Source: Candidatus Fermentibacterota bacterium
GTDB taxonomy: Bacteria > Fermentibacterota > Fermentibacteria > Fermentibacterales > JCC-6
DNA length: 64,000 nt
Reading direction: 5' to 3'
NCBI GenBank assembly: GCA_963845085.1
Contig: CAWJQI010000001.1
Span: forward strand, 224,001-288,000
Positions within the stretch are counted from its first letter, which is position 1. Each line of letters opens with the position of its first letter. A program made the position numbers and the translations under genes. Shown here in pieces: positions 9,721 to 19,311 of this stretch. The notes beneath the pieces were generated by a model that was given only the letters and a program-made list of their open reading frames with translations, searched no databases and was not told the origin of the DNA.

Positions 9721-9736
9721 AGCAATATCGTTGCCA
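9721..9736 (-). promoter_or_regulatory. Sigma-54 (-24/-12) promoter of the second pilin
   Basis: Minus strand TGGCAACGATATTGCT = GG-N10-GC. Confidence 0.75.
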
Positions 9737-9764
9737 ATGCCGGAAGCGGTTTGCGGCGCAACAT

Positions 9765-9792
9765 AAAAAAAGAGGGGGGCGAACCCCCCCCC
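9765..9792 (-). terminator. Intrinsic terminator after the first pilin
   Basis: Minus strand G-run/TTCG/C-run hairpin followed by TC and T7. Confidence 0.8.
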
Positions 9793-9812
9793 GCTGTACG
9801 AAAAGCGTGCGC

Positions 9813-10184
9813 CTAGTTGAAATCCTGCCAGGAGGCGATACCGTTGTCGATCTGTGCCGTGGCTCGGAGCAGCCTGGGGGCAATGATGGTGAAGCTCGCG
9901 GAAGGATCCAGACCAAGAGCACCAACTGTAAGGGTGTGAGCAGCGTTGGCGCCCGGGCAGACTACGCCCGAAAGGCCGAGGTTGGCAAGAACGTTCGTGT
10001 ACACGCCGCTTGTTGCGAAGTAAATAACTTCCTGGCTGGCTACGGTGCGCATGTTGGCGCGGCAGGCGTTCCTCTTGGCAGCCTCGGAAACGTCATTGAA
10101 CTTGGGGATGGCGATTGCGGCAAGGATGCCGATGATCACCACGACGATCATGAGCTCGATGAGGGTGAAGCCCTTTTTCTTCAT
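9813..10184 (-). CDS. pilA: Type IV pilin, probable major pilin
   Basis: MKKKG|FTLIELMIVVVIIGILAAIAIP; AAGGAG RBS; own promoter and terminator; compensating -1/+1 indel pair near the 3' end. Confidence 0.92.
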   Translation of the reverse strand: MKKKGFTLIELMIVVVIIGILAAIAIPKFNDVSEAAKRNACRANMRTVASQEVIYFATSGVYTNVLANLGLSGVVCPGANAAHTLTVGALGLDPSASFTIIAPRLLRATAQIDNGIASWQDFN

Positions 10185-10235
10185 TTCGGATCTCCTTTTC
10201 TGTTTTGCCCATGCGGACGGGTACGCTTCTGTTTA

Positions 10236-10251
10236 TGCAAACGGTTTGCCA
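10236..10251 (-). promoter_or_regulatory. Sigma-54 (-24/-12) promoter of the first pilin
   Basis: Minus strand TGGCAAACCGTTTGCA = GG-N10-GC; next to pilR. Confidence 0.8.
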
Positions 10252-10332
10252 ACTCGTCAAGCCTTTTTATCCGGTTCACTCCTTTATGTAAAAGTGCTAT
10301 TGATTTTGCGGGTCTTGCATAATGCAACAGCA

Positions 10333-11695
10333 CTAACGCAATCCGTACTTGGCGAGCCTGCGGTGAAGGGTGCTCGCGTTGATGCCGAGGAGTTCGGCAG
10401 CCTTCGTCTTGTTGCCCCCGGCCCTGTTGTTCAGCGTGTAGAAGATCCAGGCCTTCTCTATCTCTTCGAGGCTCGAGGGAAGGGCTGTGTTCTCCCCCGT
10501 CCTGCGGTCCTCGGGCTCCTCCGCGCGTTCAGCGCCCCGGAAATGAGCGGGGTGGTGTTCGGGTCTTATCGTCTCCTCGACTGTCATCACGCACAGGCGC
10601 TCGACCAGGTTTTCGAGCTCCCTGACGTTGCCGGGCCAGCTGCGGTCTTCGAGGATGCGCAGGGTTTCCTCGGAGAAAGTCTTTTTAAAACCGCCGCGCT
10701 TCACGAAATGCTCGACCAGGGGCCTGATGTCGTCCCTTCGCTCCCGGAGGGGCGGCACGCGGAGGGGTATCACGTTGAGCCTGTAGAAAAGGTCCTCGCG
10801 GAATTCGCTGTTTGAGACCATTCTCTCAAGGTCGCGGTTGGTGGCGCACACGAGCCTTGCCTTGAACGGAATGGACAGGTTGCCACCGACCGGCCTCACC
10901 TGCCGCTCCTGCAACGCTCGAAGAAGCTTCACCTGCAGCTCGCGGTCCATCTCGCTCACCTCGTCGAGGAAGAACGTGCCCTCGCCGGCGGCAGTCATCA
11001 GCCCTTCCTTGTCACGGTGGGCCCCGGTGAAGCTTCCCTTCACGTGACCGAAGAGTTCGCTCTCGAGAAGGTTCCGGGAGAGGCTTCCGCAGTTTACGCC
11101 CAGGAAGGGTTTGTCGACCCTGTGGCTGTTGTAGTGGAGGGCCTTTGCGATGAGCTCCTTGCCGGTGCCGCTCTCGCCCGATGATGAGAACCGTGCTGGG
11201 CTGGTCGGCAACCTTTCTCACGCTTTCGAGAAGCTCGAGCATCGGGTTTGATGTTCCGATTATCCCCGAGAAGTCGAAATCGCGCCTTACTTCGTTCCGA
11301 AGCCTTTCATTCTCGGTCTTGACCTGCCGCTGGCTGAGCGCCTTCTCGATGGCAAGCAGCAGCTGGTCGGCCTTGAAGGGCTTCACCAGATAGTCCTCGA
11401 CGCCTTCCCTGATGGCCTTCACGGCTGTCTCGACGCTTGAGAAGGCGGTGATGAGAATGCCCGCCACCTCGGGGTCATGCGCCCTGAGCGCGCCGAAGAG
11501 CTCGAGGCCGGTCATGCCCGGCATCCTGATGTCGGTCACAAGGACGTTGGGGGCGTTCTCCTTCCCCCAGCGCAGCGCATCCGCGGGGTTCGAGAACGGG
11601 TTCACCCTGTAGCCGTTCTCCTCGAGGAGAAGGCTGAGCCATTCCAGCATGGGCTTTTCATCGTCAACAAGGAGAATGACCGGTTTGTCACTCAT
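10333..11695 (-). CDS. pilR: Sigma-54-dependent response regulator (PilR/NtrC family); +1 indel near 11178
   Basis: REC (LLVDDE, TDIRMP) joined to AAA+ (GESGTGKEL, ESELFGHVKGSFTGA, FREDLFYRLNV) and Fis HTH once one G is removed. Confidence 0.85.
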
Positions 11696-13259
11696 TGTTC
11701 CCCCCCGTCAAAGGCAGGACCAGTGTGGCCTTCAACCCGCCCTCGGGGCGGTTGTCGAGCTCAAGCCACCCGTTGTGCTCGCCCGCGATCCGTCTGCAGA
11801 TGAACAGGCCGAGGCCGGTTCCCTCGGGTTTCGTTGTATAGAAGGGTTCGAGCACCCTGTCCAGCCTGTTCTGGGGGATGCCCGGCCCATTGTCGGCAAC
11901 GCTGAGCCTGGCCTGTCCGCCGTCTTCGAGCAGGTCGACCTGCACAAGCCCCGCCGGCTGTGCCTCGAGAACCTCGACCGCGTTCCTTATCAGGTTGCCG
12001 AGGGCCTGCCCGAGGCGCATCGTGTTGCCCAGGACGAACAGCGGCCGGTCGGGCTCGGTGAAGCTTATGGTAACCCCGCCGGCGAAACCGTGTACGGCCG
12101 ACTCGACCATCTCCCTGGTGAACGAGGAGAGGTTCATCGGGTTCATGGGGAAGTCATCGCTGTCGCGCGCCAGGCTGAGATAGCCGTCCATCAGCTCCGA
12201 AACCCTTCGGGACTGGCTTACAATGAGGCTTGTCATCCTTTCCCTCTTGCCTTCCGGGAGTTTTCCCGAAGCAAGCATCTCGGCAGCCCCGCTGATGGCG
12301 GCCAGGGGGTTTCTGATCTCATGGGCAAGCGTGGCGCTCAGCCTGCCCACGATGGCAAGCCTTTTGCGCTCCTCGAGGGCCGCCCTGAGATTGGCCGCCT
12401 CGGTGATGTCGCTGATGACAAGCACCACCCCTCCCCCTGCCGTGTCGGAGGGGGTGAACCTGCAGTGTATGATGCGTTCGTCGATGACCATCTCCATCGA
12501 CCGGGGGGCCGCACAGTCAGTCAGGAAGTTCGCGATGGCGCTTTCTATCATGGTTCCCTGCAGGGCATCGCTGTTCCTGCCGGAAAGGCCAAGAATGTCC
12601 ACCGCCGCAGGGTTCGCCTGAAGCAGGTTGCCCCTCTGGTCGACAACAATGACGCCGTCGCGCAGGTTCTCAAGAACCTTTCTCGAACGTGCCCTCACCT
12701 CGGCCAGGTTGTCGAGCACCTGCTGGAGCCTTCCCGTCTCGGAGTAGAACATTCCGCAGAGTATGCCGCCCGCGAGCCCGCCGGCAAAAACAAGAAGGGC
12801 GTTCAGGGCCACCTGTGCGAACAGGTAGCTTGTTGAGAGCTTGTACTGGCCGGCTTCGAGAAGCGCCCCCACCATGGCGCTCTTCGCCGACGGCGGGCCG
12901 AACACCGAGAAGGCCACGCTTCCGGCCAGCACGAGAGTTGTTGCGGCCGCGGCGAGCAGCCCGCCCCTGGTTCCGAGGTAGAAACCGTATGCGAAGGCGT
13001 GAGCGACCATGAACGCAATGAAGGGGCTTTCCGCACCGCGGGAAACGGCCGTGATCACACCGAGCGCAAGGGCGTCGAAAAAGCAGAGCAGGTAGAAGGG
13101 CCACCTTGAATCCGGCGACCGCCTCATGACCGGCGTGGTGACAATGGTGACCAGCACCGCGGCCGCGCCGACCGCCACGAAGACGGGGCCCAGGTTGTCG
13201 CGCTGGAGCAGGAACGCGCCCGATACGGAGAGCATGCCGAGAACCGCGAGGCGCCCCAC
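11688..13259 (-). CDS. pilS: Membrane sensor histidine kinase with PAS-like domain (PilS-like)
   Basis: About 6 TM segments, PAS-like GVIVVD...NPAA, LAHEIRNPL, DNGPGI, GTGLGL; lies between pilC and pilR. The true start may be slightly upstream. Confidence 0.78.
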   Translation of the reverse strand: MGRLAVLGMLSVSGAFLLQRDNLGPVFVAVGAAAVLVTIVTTPVMRRSPDSRWPFYLLCFFDALALGVITAVSRGAESPFIAFMVAHAFAYGFYLGTRGGLLAAAATTLVLAGSVAFSVFGPPSAKSAMVGALLEAGQYKLSTSYLFAQVALNALLVFAGGLAGGILCGMFYSETGRLQQVLDNLAEVRARSRKVLENLRDGVIVVDQRGNLLQANPAAVDILGLSGRNSDALQGTMIESAIANFLTDCAAPRSMEMVIDERIIHCRFTPSDTAGGGVVLVISDITEAANLRAALEERKRLAIVGRLSATLAHEIRNPLAAISGAAEMLASGKLPEGKRERMTSLIVSQSRRVSELMDGYLSLARDSDDFPMNPMNLSSFTREMVESAVHGFAGGVTISFTEPDRPLFVLGNTMRLGQALGNLIRNAVEVLEAQPAGLVQVDLLEDGGQARLSVADNGPGIPQNRLDRVLEPFYTTKPEGTGLGLFICRRIAGEHNGWLELDNRPEGGLKATLVLPLTGGNNE

Positions 13260-13311
13260 CTGAAGCCAGGTGCGGCGCCTCGGGCTTATGCTGAAGCGGT
13301 CCTTCGCCGTG

Positions 13312-14518
13312 TCAGTTTCCCACGGCCTGGATCATGTCGAAAATGGGCAGGTACATGGCGATGACCAGTGCGCCCACGAAGCCGCCCAGGAACACGATCA
13401 TGAGGGGCTCGATGGTGCTTGCGAGGCCCGCCACCGCGGTGTTCACCTCGTCGTCGTAGAAATCGGCCACCTTCACGAGCATCTCGTCGAGACCGCCCGT
13501 CTCCTCGCCCACTGCTATCATCTGGGTGACCATCGGTCGGGAACACGCCCGACGCCTCGAGCGGGCCGGAGATGTTCTCGCCGCCCGAAATGCTGATGCG
13601 GGCGTTCTGGATGGCCTCGCTTATGACAACGTTGCCCGACGTCTTGGCGGTGATGGCGAGGCCGTCGAGGATGGCCACACCGCTTGAGATGAGCGTGCCA
13701 AGCGTGCGGGTGAAGCGTGCGATGGACATTTTGCGGTTGAGGGTGCCGAAGATGGGAATCGAGATCTTTATCGTGTCGATGATCTTCCTGCCCCCGACCG
13801 ACCTTGCGAAGAGGTTGTAAAGGATGCTGACGCCGATCACGCCGATGATGATGAACAGGATGTTCCTCTGCGCGAATTCGGAAAGGTCGACCACGAACTG
13901 CGTCATGGCCGGGCAGCTGGCCGCCGAGGTCCTCGAACATCTGCTGGAAGATGGGGATGACGAAGAGAAGCATTGCCATCGATGCCAGTATGACAACGAT
14001 GAGAACGATCATGGGGTACATCATCGCGCTTTTTATCTTGGCGTTGAGGGCTGCGCTGCTTTCAAGGTAGTCTGCGAGCCTGCCGAGGATGGTGTCGAGG
14101 ATACCGCCCTGCTCGCCGGCGGAGACCATGTTGCAGTAGAGCTCGTTGAACACCTTCGGGTGCTTTGCAAGGGCCTCGGCGAGGGTTCCGCCCTTTTCCA
14201 CCTCGTTGGTTATGTCGGCGATGACGTCTTTGAAGATGCTGTTGTCCTGCTGCCGGCGAGAATCTGAAGGCAGTTCACCAGCGGAAGACCGGCGTTTATC
14301 ATCACCGAGAACTGCCGTGTGAACGTGGCCAGTTCCTTGTTCTTCACGCCGGAACCGATCACGCCGTACTTGGCCATGTCAAAGCCGCCCTTGATGACGG
14401 TGACGGTTATGCCGCGCCGCTCAAGGAGATCCTGGGCTTCCTTCTTGTTCTTTCCCGCGATGGTTCCGGAGAGCGTTCTGCCCTGCCTGTTGGTACCCTG
14501 CCAGTGAAATTCGGCCAT
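13312..14518 (-). CDS. pilC: Type IV pilus platform protein (PilC/GspF); three indels (~14253, ~13911, ~13537)
   Basis: Consecutive fragments FTRQFSVMINAGLPL, AGEQGGILD...KIKSAMMYP, ARFTRTLGTLISSGV, VGEETGGLDEML...IEP...AMYLPIF. Confidence 0.88.
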
Positions 14519-14552
14519 GTGCACCCCCCCTAAAGAGTCGTGTCCCGACCTG

Positions 14553-15627
14553 TTACATCATCTGTTCAAGCTCACGTGGGATTGGGGGAACGCTCGAGAG
14601 CCATCTCCTTCGCGATCTCCCTGTTGTTCACAAGGCGGAACAGAGCCTGGTTCATGGTCTGCATGCCGAACTTGTGCCCGGCCTGCATCATGCCGTAAAT
14701 CTGATGGAGCTTGTCCTCCCTTATGCAGGATTTGACTGCGGGAGTGCAGACAAGCACCTCGGCCGCAAGGGACCTGCCCGTGCCCCGCTGTTTCGGGATG
14801 AGCTGCTGGGTCATGACGCCCAGAAGCACGAACGAGAGCTGGCTTCGGACCTGGTCCTGCCCTTCCGCGGGGAAGGTGTCGATGATGCGGTTTATGGATT
14901 CGTACGTGGAGTTCGTGTGAAGGGTGGCCAGCGTGAGGTGACCCGTCTCGGCGATGTTCAGTGCGACCTGCATGGAATGGCGGTCACGCATCTCGCCGAT
15001 GAGGACGACGTCGGGGTCCTGCCTGAGGATGTACCGCAGCGCCTCTGTGAAGCCTTCGGTGTCGGACCCGATCTCCCTCTGGTTCACGATGCACTTGTTA
15101 TGGTGATGCACGTACTCGATGGGGTCTTCGATGGTGATTATGTGGGCCCTTCTCAGGCCGTTGACCCTGTTGATGATGGAGGCGAGCGTGGTTGTCTTGC
15201 CGCAGCCGGTCGGACCGGTCACGAGGATCAGCCCCTGCCTCTTGTCCGAAAGGGTTGCCACCACAGGCGGGAGGCCGAGTTCCTCGAAGCCGAGGATCTC
15301 GTAGGGGATCACCCTTATGGCAGTGGCGACAGCGCCCCTCTGAAGGAACACGTTCGCCCTGAAACGGGAAAGGCCCTTGATGCCGAACGCGAAGTCGAGC
15401 TCGCGCTCCAGCTCGAAACGCTTCTTCTGCTCGTCCTTCAGGAGGCTGTAGACGATGGACTGGGTTTCCTTCGGAGTGAGCGGGTCGTACTCCATTCTGA
15501 TGAGTTCGCCGTCGATACGTATCGTGGGGGGTGCTCCGACAGTAATGTGGAGGTCAGTGGCACGGCGCTCCATCATCTCCTTCAGGAGGGTTCTGATGTT
15601 GAGGCCGTGTGCTCCTTCGGCGGCCAT
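14553..15627 (-). CDS. pilT: Type IV pilus retraction ATPase
   Basis: GPTGCGKTTTL, TIEDPIE, LRQDPDVVLIGEMRD, AETGHL, GMQTMNQ; a likely extra C near 14579 truncates the ending PRELEQMM (stop 14553-14555). Confidence 0.92.
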
Positions 15628-17415
15628 CAGGACGAGACCGCCCGGACCTGGGACTCAAGCCGGTAATTCATGGCTGCCACCTTCACTTCCTCGTCATCAT
15701 CGGCAGTAACCCTGGTCACCTCGTCGAGGGTGGTCACGCCGTTCTTGAGCTTGTCAACGGCGTCCATCCGAAGGGTTCTCATGCCGCTTCTCACCGCGAG
15801 CAGCCTGAGCTGCGCAGCGGTTTCCCTGTCAATCACCGCCTGTTTCATGGCCTTGTCAAGCGTAAGCACTTCGTACAGCCCGATCCGCCCCTTGTAACCG
15901 GAGCCGTTGCACCTCGGGCAACCCCTGCCCTTCATGGTTTTCGCCCCGGCCATCTCGGCCGGGTCGATGCCCGCTTCAATATAATCAGAGCCGGCAAAAG
16001 TGAAAGGCTCGCGGCAGTATTTACATATCTTCTTGACAAGTCTCTGGGCCATGATGGTTCGAACCGCGCTCGCCACCAGGAACGGCTTGATCCCTATGTC
16101 CACCAGGCGGTTGATGGTGCTGGGGGCATCGTTCGTGTGGATCGTGGAGAAAACGAGGTGGCCCGTGAGCGATGCCTTTATGGCGATGGATGCCGTTTCG
16201 AGGTCGCGGATCTCGCCGACCATGATGATGTTCGGGTCCTGCCTGAGGATGCTTCTGAGAGCGGTTGCGAAAGTGTACCCCATCGCGTGGTCGATCTGGG
16301 TCTGGATAATTCCGTCGATGTTGTATTCGACGGGGTCTTCCGCGGTGATGGATGTTCACGGCGGGAACGTTCAGGCTGCTGAGCGCCGAATAGAGCGTGG
16401 TTGTCTTGCCGCTGCCGGTCGGACCCGTGACAAGAACGATCCCGAATGGGGAGCTGACCCCGGCCATGAACTTCTTCAGGGCATCTTCGGGAAATCCGAG
16501 CTGTCTGAGGTCGAACTCGAGGTTGCCCCTGTCCAGGATCCGGAGAACGATCTTTTCGCCGTTGACCGTGGGGACGGCGTTCACCCGGAAGTCGATTATC
16601 CTGTTGTCGACCTTTGCCTTGATCCTGCCGTCCTGTGTGCGCCTTCTCTCCGCTATGTTCATACCCGACAATATCTTGAGCCTTGAGAGAATGGACGGCT
16701 GAACGGCCTTGGGCAGCCTGATGACCTCGTGGCAGGTGCCGTCGCGCCTGTACCGGATGCGCAGGTACTTTTCATAAGGTTCGATGTGGATGTCGCTCGA
16801 TTCGGTCTTGACGGCTTCGGCGATCATCTTGTCCACGAATTTGACGATCGGCTCCTCCTTGTCCGTGAGGAGGCTGTCGTCGGTTATTTCATCCTCGTCA
16901 TGCCCGGGGTCGAGCGAGGCGACCTCGGTCAGGCCGTCCTCCTGCTCATCGTACTGGTTGAGGGATGATTCAACGCTTACGAGGGAATCCCTGCGGCCGT
17001 AGACCTCGTCGAGGGCGCGCCGCACCGCCGATGGGCTCGATGCGTACACGATTATCTCACAGCCGGTGGCGAACTTCAACTCGTCGACCGCGTACATGTT
17101 GGCGGGCTGGGCCATGGCGACGGAAACCGTGTTGCCGTCGCGCTCGAGAGGCACGACCATGTGCTCGCGTGCGGTGCTCTCGGCGATTATCTTGGCAGCG
17201 TCGTCGGGAAACGCTGTTTCGTTGAGGTAGATGGGATCGACGCTGTAGATGTCGGCAAGGAACTCGGTGATGAGCTCTTCCGTGACCTGCCCCCGCAGCA
17301 CCATGGCCTCTGCCAGCTCGACCTCGCCCGGCCCCCACTCCCTTGCGATGTTCTCTATCTCGTCCTGGGTGGCCAGACCCGCCTGGACCAGCATCATGGA
17401 AAGCCTTGTCTGCAT
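15627..17415 (-). CDS. pilB: Type IV pilus assembly ATPase, second paralogue; +1 indel near 16350
   Basis: [31 protein letters not shown] after correction, [23 protein letters not shown] Zn motif. Confidence 0.88.
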
Positions 17416-17423
17416 GAGTCTTC

Positions 17424-19190
17424 CTAGTAGTTGGCCACGGTTTCCCTCACGACCTCCTGAAAGGTTGTGAGACCCTTCTCAAGCTTCCTGAGAGCCGCTT
17501 CGCGCAGGTTTATCATGCCGCGCGCAAGCGCCGTCTTCTCGAGATCGATACTGTTTGCGTCGTTCTCGATGAGCGCGCGCATCTCCTCGTCGACTGTCAT
17601 GACCTCGTAAATACCGATGCGCCCCTTGTAGCCCGTGTTGTTGCACTGGGGGCAGCCCGTGCCCTCGTAGAAGGTGGTGGAGCTGAACCTGTCGGGGTCG
17701 ACGCCGGCGTCTTCGAGGGCTTCCCTCGAGACAGCGACGGGGGTCTTGCAGTTGGAGCAGATCTTTCTGATAAGCCTCTGGCTGCAGATGCAGATGAGCG
17801 ACGTGCTGAGCATGTAGGGTTCGGTCCCCATGTCCACCAGGCGGTTGATCGTGCTTGGCGCGTCGTTGGTGTGCACGGTGGAAAGCACGAGATGGCCCGT
17901 GAGCGCTGCCCTGATCGCTATCTCGCTCGTTTCCTTGTCACGGATCTCGCCGACCATGATTATGTCGGGATCCTGCCTCAGGTACGCCCTGAGAGCCATT
18001 GCAAAGTTGAGGCCGACATCTTCGTTCATCTGCACCTGGTTGATGCCCTTGAGGTTGAATTCAACGGGGTTTTCTGCCGTCATGATGTTGACGCCGATGT
18101 CGTTGAGTTCGGAGATGGCGCTGTAAAGGGTGGTGGTCTTGCCGCTTCCCGAAGGGCCGGTCACCAGGGCTATGCCGTAGGGCCTTTTGATGGCCCGCCT
18201 GAAATCCTTGAGCGCCTCCTCCTCGAAACCGAGGGTTTCGAGGTCGAGCGACACCTGTGAGCGGTCGAGAAGCCTGAGCTCGACCTTCTCGCCGAAGAGG
18301 GTGGGAAGCGTTGAGATGCGCATGTCAACGAACCTGTCACCGACCCTGATCTTGGTGCGGCCGTCCTGCGGCAGGTGATGCTCGGCAATATTCATACCGC
18401 CCAATATTTTAAGGCGGCTGACCATGGCAAGCCTGTATTTGCGGCTCGGCCTCATTATCTCGTGGAGGACGCCGTCGATCCTGTAACGGATTCTGACGTA
18501 CTTCTCGAACGGCTCGAAGTGGATGTCGCTCGCGCCGCGTTTCACCGCGTCGGCAACAACACGGTTCACCAGCTTGACTACGGGCGAGTCGCTCGTGGTG
18601 ACGGCAAGGTCTTCGTCGAGCTCCTCCTCGCCCCCCTCGTCCTCCTCGATGAGCGAGAAGAACGCCTCGTCGCCCACGAGAAGCTCTTCTTCCGGCCCCT
18701 TCATCACGCCCTCGACGCCGCTGCCCGCCTTTTTCCTTAGCTTGTCTTCGGAAACTGCGATGATGGCGTCTTCCTGGCGGTAGATGCGGTCGAGCGCCCG
18801 TGCGATCATGCTCGAGGCGCAAATGTGGGGTTCTATCTCCATCCCGAGAGAGAAGCGGAGATCGTCGATGGTGAAAAGGTTGTGAGGGTCGGCCATTGCC
18901 ACAACGAGCGTTTTGCCCACGCGTTCCACGGGTATGACCTCGTACCTTATGGCGAGCTTGGCCGGAACCAGCTGAAGAACATCCGGTTCGATCTTCATCT
19001 TCTCGATGTTTATTGCGTCGATGCGGTTCTGCCTGGCGAGGTAGCTGTTCAGGTCTTCCTCGTTGATGAGCTTCATCCGGACCAGGTTGTAACCAAGCCT
19101 TCCGCCCTGCTCCCTTTGGGCGTTCAGAGCGCTCTCGAGCTGTTCGCGGGTGATAACGCCGGCTTTGACCAGCATTTGGCCCAGTTTCAT
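17424..19190 (-). CDS. pilB: Type IV pilus assembly ATPase with MshEN domain
   Basis: MKLGQMLVKAG...[57 protein letters not shown]. Confidence 0.93.
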   Translation of the reverse strand: MKLGQMLVKAGVITREQLESALNAQREQGGRLGYNLVRMKLINEEDLNSYLARQNRIDAINIEKMKIEPDVLQLVPAKLAIRYEVIPVERVGKTLVVAMADPHNLFTIDDLRFSLGMEIEPHICASSMIARALDRIYRQEDAIIAVSEDKLRKKAGSGVEGVMKGPEEELLVGDEAFFSLIEEDEGGEEELDEDLAVTTSDSPVVKLVNRVVADAVKRGASDIHFEPFEKYVRIRYRIDGVLHEIMRPSRKYRLAMVSRLKILGGMNIAEHHLPQDGRTKIRVGDRFVDMRISTLPTLFGEKVELRLLDRSQVSLDLETLGFEEEALKDFRRAIKRPYGIALVTGPSGSGKTTTLYSAISELNDIGVNIMTAENPVEFNLKGINQVQMNEDVGLNFAMALRAYLRQDPDIIMVGEIRDKETSEIAIRAALTGHLVLSTVHTNDAPSTINRLVDMGTEPYMLSTSLICICSQRLIRKICSNCKTPVAVSREALEDAGVDPDRFSSTTFYEGTGCPQCNNTGYKGRIGIYEVMTVDEEMRALIENDANSIDLEKTALARGMINLREAALRKLEKGLTTFQEVVRETVANY

Positions 19191-19311
19191 CGGTTCTCTC
19201 TCCTCCCAGACAGGCTGAGGGTTTACATGGAATTTCGAGAAGAGAATTGCCGTGTTATTCTGCAACAATTCCCCGGCAAGTCAATGCCCGGATGGCTCGA
19301 AAAGAGCTGTG

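Noticed and set aside
10201..10260. c-di-GMP-I riboswitch suggested by GGCAAAC upstream of pilin 1
   Set aside because: The sequence is explained by the sigma-54 element, and the required paired hairpins are absent.
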